The notes under the pieces: model-generated | Database searches by the model: none | What the model was told of the DNA's origin: nothing | What the model saw: only the letters and a program-made list of their open reading frames with translations | Origin: Myxococcota bacterium | Lineage (GTDB): Bacteria > Myxococcota_A > UBA796 > CAJQPC01 | Length of the DNA stretch: 64,000 nucleotides | NCBI GenBank assembly: GCA_036012755.1 | Contig: DASCPX010000149.1 | Span: forward strand, 1-64,000 | Reading direction: 5' to 3' | Made by a program: the position numbers and the translations under genes | Shown: positions 60,054-64,000 of the stretch, one piece after another | How positions within the stretch are numbered: the stretch's first letter is position 1 | Layout: each line of letters begins with the position of its first letter

Positions 60054-60556
60054 ATGCGACGCCTCATCACGACCCTCACCGCGACCACCCTGCTCAGCGC
60101 GATTCACTTCTGGCGCTGCCGGGCAGTGTCTTGCAATGGGGCGTCCTCTCGGACGACGCCTGCGTCGAGGCGCTGCACCGCATAGACGACCAGTTCGACA
60201 CCCTGAGCGAGCTCGAGTCCGACTGTTCCGCTCGCCTCGAAGAGCTCCAGGACTACCAGGCGCAGCCCCCCGACGGCTGCCTGCTGCACGAGATCCCGAG
60301 CCTTCGTGCCGAGGCTGCCGCGTTCCGGTCGAACGCGCAGCATGTCCACGGTCATGTGCTGGCCTACGCTCCCTACTGCGACGTCGAGGACGGTGAGGCT
60401 GTCGTCGTCATCGTCGATCAGACCATCACAGTCGTCGTCGATCCCGCTGCAGGTCTCCTGGGCCCCGGGGTTCGCCGCCGCCAGGCTGTCGTCGCAGTCC
60501 GTGCTGTCCTCGACGAAGCCGCTGGGTGCCTCGCAGGCCTCGACCTCGGTCGCTGA
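60054..60556 (+). pseudogene. Frameshifted gene for a small helical secreted protein
   Basis: AGGA SD and MRRLITTLTATTLLSA; after a shift near 60102 it continues SLLALPGSVLQWGVLSDDACVEAL... Confidence 0.45.
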
Positions 60557-60733
60557 GTCCCCGAAGCCGTCGGCGTCCGAGTCGGCGAAGAAGGTCAGGA
60601 GCACCTCCTCGTCGACGTCGCCGTCACAGTCGTCGTCGATGCCGTTGCAGACTTCGTCTTCGGCGACGCAGGCCAGTCCGCTGTCGTCGGGGTTGTCTTG
60701 GTTGCAGGCGAACAGGGCGAGGGTGAGCAGCAT
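60104..60733 (-). pseudogene. Truncated lipoprotein with putative metal-binding (MopE-like) repeats
   Basis: GGAGG SD, LFAC, EVCNGIDDDCDG, FADSDADGFGD, DCDD..NPGA.E.C; coding character is lost below about 60390. Confidence 0.6.
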
Positions 60734-60815
60734 GGAGACCTCCGGTATGGATCCAGCAGTACCGGAGCTCGACGCTCCTGGAACCCCTCTGCCATCTCAC
60801 ATGGGCCCGGCGCCG

Positions 60816-61883
60816 CTACCTACTGGCCCGGTCACCCGCCCACTGGAGATGGGCCCGTGCTTCGTCGTGACTCATCTGGCCCTCCAGCGGTGGGTAGTCG
60901 GCGAAGAAGGGCACGACGTCCGTGGCGCGAACCTTCCAGCGCAGGAGCAGGAAGTTCAGGTAGTGGGCGGGATGCAGCGCCACCCACTCGGCGAAGACGT
61001 CGACGAAGCTCTGCATCGTGCGTTGCAGATCGGCGCTCCGATCTGCCGTCCGTCGGACCTCGATCGGCGGGTTGATCACCACCCGGTGACGGCGGGCCCC
61101 GGGCTCGCGCAGGACCATCGTCGGCAGGATCGCGGCGCCGGTCTTCCTCGCCAGCTGGGCTGGCATCACCGAGACGTTCGCCGTCCTGTTCAAGAACCGG
61201 ACCGTCGTCCAGCGCCGCCCTCCCCCGCCGTCGAAGGCGAGACCAAGGACCTCGTTGTCCTGGAGGCACTGGAGCGCCGGGCGGAGGAACTTGAAGACGC
61301 TGATGTGGCGAACCGGCAGGCGCTGCTCGAGCTCCCAGCGACGCTGCAGGACCTTCTCCCACAGGGGTGTCGTGCGGGTCTCGCGCAGGATGTCCGCCCA
61401 GACCGGTGGCGGAGCCGAGAGTTGGTTCATGGCGTAGCCGGCGTGCCCCAGGGCCGGCATGATCATCTGGTTGGCGCCGAAGTGGCCGATCAGCACGATG
61501 GCGCCACGCTCCTCGGCGAGGGCGGCGTCGAGGTGCTCGCGGCCCTCGACGACGCAGACGTCGTCGATCCCGGCGGGATCGAGGTGGGGATAGCGCAGCA
61601 CCTCCAGCTCGTTGAACATCGTCTGCCGCCAGGCCTCGCGGAGGATGTCTCGCTCCGACTGTGGCAGGGGTGTCTCCCCGAAGAGCTTGCGGAGCTCCGC
61701 CGTAGCCACCCGCACGTCCTGTCGCGCCACCCGGCGGACGAGGTCACCGCCGACGCGAGCGGTGTGGCCCAGCCAGGGTCGGGGCACTCGCGAGACCATC
61801 GCCTGCCCCGGGTAGTAGAGCGCCAGGCCACCAAGGTCCTTGACCAGCAGCGTCGGGCTCCGCAGAACCCTTCCCCAGCTCAC
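60816..61883 (-). CDS. Lysophospholipid / lipid A-type acyltransferase (LpxL-like)
   Basis: EGREHLDAAL, HFGANQ, LAFDG, V.FL, HPAHY. Confidence 0.82.
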   Translation of the reverse strand: MSWGRVLRSPTLLVKDLGGLALYYPGQAMVSRVPRPWLGHTARVGGDLVRRVARQDVRVATAELRKLFGETPLPQSERDILREAWRQTMFNELEVLRYPHLDPAGIDDVCVVEGREHLDAALAEERGAIVLIGHFGANQMIMPALGHAGYAMNQLSAPPPVWADILRETRTTPLWEKVLQRRWELEQRLPVRHISVFKFLRPALQCLQDNEVLGLAFDGGGGRRWTTVRFLNRTANVSVMPAQLARKTGAAILPTMVLREPGARRHRVVINPPIEVRRTADRSADLQRTMQSFVDVFAEWVALHPAHYLNFLLLRWKVRATDVVPFFADYPPLEGQMSHDEARAHLQWAGDRASR

Positions 61884-63442
61884 GACTCGCGCTCGTCTCT
61901 CGCCGGGTCCATCGGCCTCGCGACGACGGCCTTCTTGTCGATCTTGCCGTTGGGGAGCTTGGGGATCTCGTCCCAGAACTCGACGACACGAGGGACCTTG
62001 TAGACCGCCAGGCGATTGCGGCAGTACTTCTGGACACCGCGCACCGTGAGGGTGGCGCCTGGGTTCAGCTCGACGACGCAGCGGGCGATCTCACCGCGGA
62101 TGCGCTCCTCGGCCCGCACGACGACGACGTCCCGGACCTCTGGATGGTCCTTGACGACCTTCTCGATCTCCAGCGGGTAGACCCGGATGCCGCCGATCTT
62201 CAACATCTCCGAGCGCCGCCCGACGAAGCTCAAGAAGCCCTCTTCGGTCCGGGTCACCAGGTCGCGGGTGTGGTACCAGCCGTCCTCGAAGAGGAGCTCG
62301 GTCTCCTCGGGGTTGTTGAGGTAGCCGCTGACCACCGCCTCCCCCCGCACGATCATCTCGCCGACCTCGCCGGTGGCGACGTCCCGGCCCTGCCGGTCGA
62401 CCAGGCGGATCTCGTAGCCCCTCACCGGTCGGCCCGTGCATCCGGGTCTCCGGGGCCGATCCGGGCGCATCGCCACGGCCACGCCGGTGGTCTCCGTGGA
62501 GCCCCAGACCGGCATGAAGGCAGCGCCGAAGGCATCCTCCATGCGGCGGAGGGTGTCAGCGCTCACGAAGGCGCCCCCGGACTCGAGCACCGAGAGCGAG
62601 GAGATGTCCGCGCCACCGTCAGCGACGTGGTCGAGCAACATCTCGTAGAAGCTGGGCACCGCCATCATCCAGGACACGCCAAAGCGCTCGATCGTCGTTG
62701 CGATGACGCGCGGGTTCAGGCTGTCCATGATGACGAAGGCGCCGCCGCACAACAGGCTCCGATGAAAGAGCTCGTGGGGATGGGCGAAGACCGAGAACAT
62801 GCCGAGGAAGACATGGTCGCTGGTGAAGCCGAGCCCGTCGCCGTCGAGGTCGAAGGCGGTCAGGCCCTGCACGTTGATGTTGCGATGGGTGGTCACGGCG
62901 CCCTTGGGCCTGCCCGTCGTGCCCGAGGTGTAGTTGAGGTAGCAGGGGTCGTCGATGTCGAGGTCGACGTCAGGAGCTGGCAGCTCGGCGAGGTCATCGT
63001 AGTGGGACTCACCGAGCCGCCCCATCTCGCCGACGTAGATGATTCGGCGCGGGTCGGGGAGCTCCGGCAAGAGCCCCTTGAGGAGCTGGTCGAAGGCGGT
63101 CTCGACGAAGATGGTCTGGATGCCAGCGGTCTGGAACTGGTCCCGGATGTGGTCCGGGTGGAGCTTGAAGTTGACCGGCGCATAGAGCGCGCCCAGGCGG
63201 GCACAGGCGAGGAAACCCACCACCACCTCTGGCCGCTTGGTGAGCATGAACGCGACGACGTCACCCTTGGCCACGCCGACCGAGTGCAGCAGCGCCGCGA
63301 TCCGGTCGACCTCCGCATCGAGCTCGGCCCAGCTGAGCTCGCGGCCGTCGCCGAGCAGCGCCGGTCGCTCCCCACGCAGCTCGGCGACGCGCCGGAGGAC
63401 GGCACCCAGCGTGAGCTCGGCGAAGGTCGGATCCGGGAGCAC
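61880..63442 (-). CDS. Class I adenylate-forming enzyme (acyl-CoA synthetase-like)
   Basis: YTSGTTGRPKG, WGSTET, WYHTRD, GRRSEMLKIGG, NGKIDK. Confidence 0.92.
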   Translation of the reverse strand: MLPDPTFAELTLGAVLRRVAELRGERPALLGDGRELSWAELDAEVDRIAALLHSVGVAKGDVVAFMLTKRPEVVVGFLACARLGALYAPVNFKLHPDHIRDQFQTAGIQTIFVETAFDQLLKGLLPELPDPRRIIYVGEMGRLGESHYDDLAELPAPDVDLDIDDPCYLNYTSGTTGRPKGAVTTHRNINVQGLTAFDLDGDGLGFTSDHVFLGMFSVFAHPHELFHRSLLCGGAFVIMDSLNPRVIATTIERFGVSWMMAVPSFYEMLLDHVADGGADISSLSVLESGGAFVSADTLRRMEDAFGAAFMPVWGSTETTGVAVAMRPDRPRRPGCTGRPVRGYEIRLVDRQGRDVATGEVGEMIVRGEAVVSGYLNNPEETELLFEDGWYHTRDLVTRTEEGFLSFVGRRSEMLKIGGIRVYPLEIEKVVKDHPEVRDVVVVRAEERIRGEIARCVVELNPGATLTVRGVQKYCRNRLAVYKVPRVVEFWDEIPKLPNGKIDKKAVVARPMDPARDERES

Positions 63443-63450
63443 GGGCCGGT

Positions 63451-64000
63451 CTAACCGCCGACGTTCCTCGGCGCGCTCGGATCCAGGGGCCGAGAGCCCG
63501 CCGGGGCCTTGCCGCCCGGGTGCTTGGCCTTGTCTGGGCCACCTCTCACCTGACCGCGCTGGGGTCGCAGCAAGGACTCCAGGCTCGCCTTCTCTGCTTC
63601 GACATCGACGCCGAGCTCGCTGAGCTCGTCGAGCAGCAGGCGCTCCTCCACGACGAAGACGACGAGGTCCTGAACCGGCGGCAGCTCCTCGTCGGCCTCG
63701 GGGATGTCCTCGATGAGGCTGTCGATGCGCGGCAACAGCACCTCGGCCTCGAGCTTGAGCGCGGCCCGACCACGAACCTCGACCCAGCGATCCGTGGCCT
63801 CTGCGATGTGCTCGTCGAGCAGCCCGGGGCCACCCTCGAGATGCGGAGTGTCGACTACAGCCGGGAGCTCCGGCGGCACCTCGCTCGGGCTGACGTCGCC
63901 GGGATCCTCGAGTGGAGCGGGACCAATCTCCGGCGTCGGCGCACCACCAAGGGGAGCGTCACCGGGAGGAGCACCGCCGGGAGGAGCGCCACCGGGAGGA
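63451..64000 (-). CDS. Hypothetical protein, 3' part; Pro/Gly-rich (PPGGA) repeats; starts beyond the window
   Basis: Frame is open to the edge: PPGGAPPGGAPPGDAPLGGAP... Confidence 0.65.
   Translation of the reverse strand, partial: PPGGAPPGGAPPGDAPLGGAPTPEIGPAPLEDPGDVSPSEVPPELPAVVDTPHLEGGPGLLDEHIAEATDRWVEVRGRAALKLEAEVLLPRIDSLIEDIPEADEELPPVQDLVVFVVEERLLLDELSELGVDVEAEKASLESLLRPQRGQVRGGPDKAKHPGGKAPAGSRPLDPSAPRNVGG

Overview
High-GC bacterial chromosomal segment, most likely from an uncultured Myxococcota lineage. That assignment is inferred from a Myxococcus-type LexA box, a MYXO-CTERM-like tail, DUF1844 and Asp-rich lipoproteins. About 50 densely packed genes are present. Housekeeping: yqgF, cinA-recA, a PilT/PilU-family ATPase, alaS, bamD, degP, rluD-like, selA, prfC, and nifJ plus a DHOD-like gene. 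Envelope: wza-sugar transferase-wzc, WecB/TagA GT, GT4, YfhO, an arylsulfotransferase, four membrane-anchored alkaline-phosphatase/sulfatase-fold proteins, two LpxL-like acyltransferases and many acidic lipoproteins. No rRNA, tRNA, CRISPR array or transposase was recognised. The strongest unexplained signals are: (1) a recurrent (GT)TAGnnn -10-like hexamer 5-7 nt before many start codons, implying widespread leaderless mRNA; (2) unusually short signal peptides lacking a basic n-region; (3) a four-helix-bundle gene preceded by a multi-stem RNA structure and a CCGnnn hexamer array; (4) 'sulfatases' with Thr in place of the formylglycine Cys/Ser, coupled to YfhO; (5) a translationally coupled six-gene operon containing a LETM1-like/EF-hand/GYF_2 protein and a pseudokinase. 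All family assignments come from motif recognition by eye; no database search was run.
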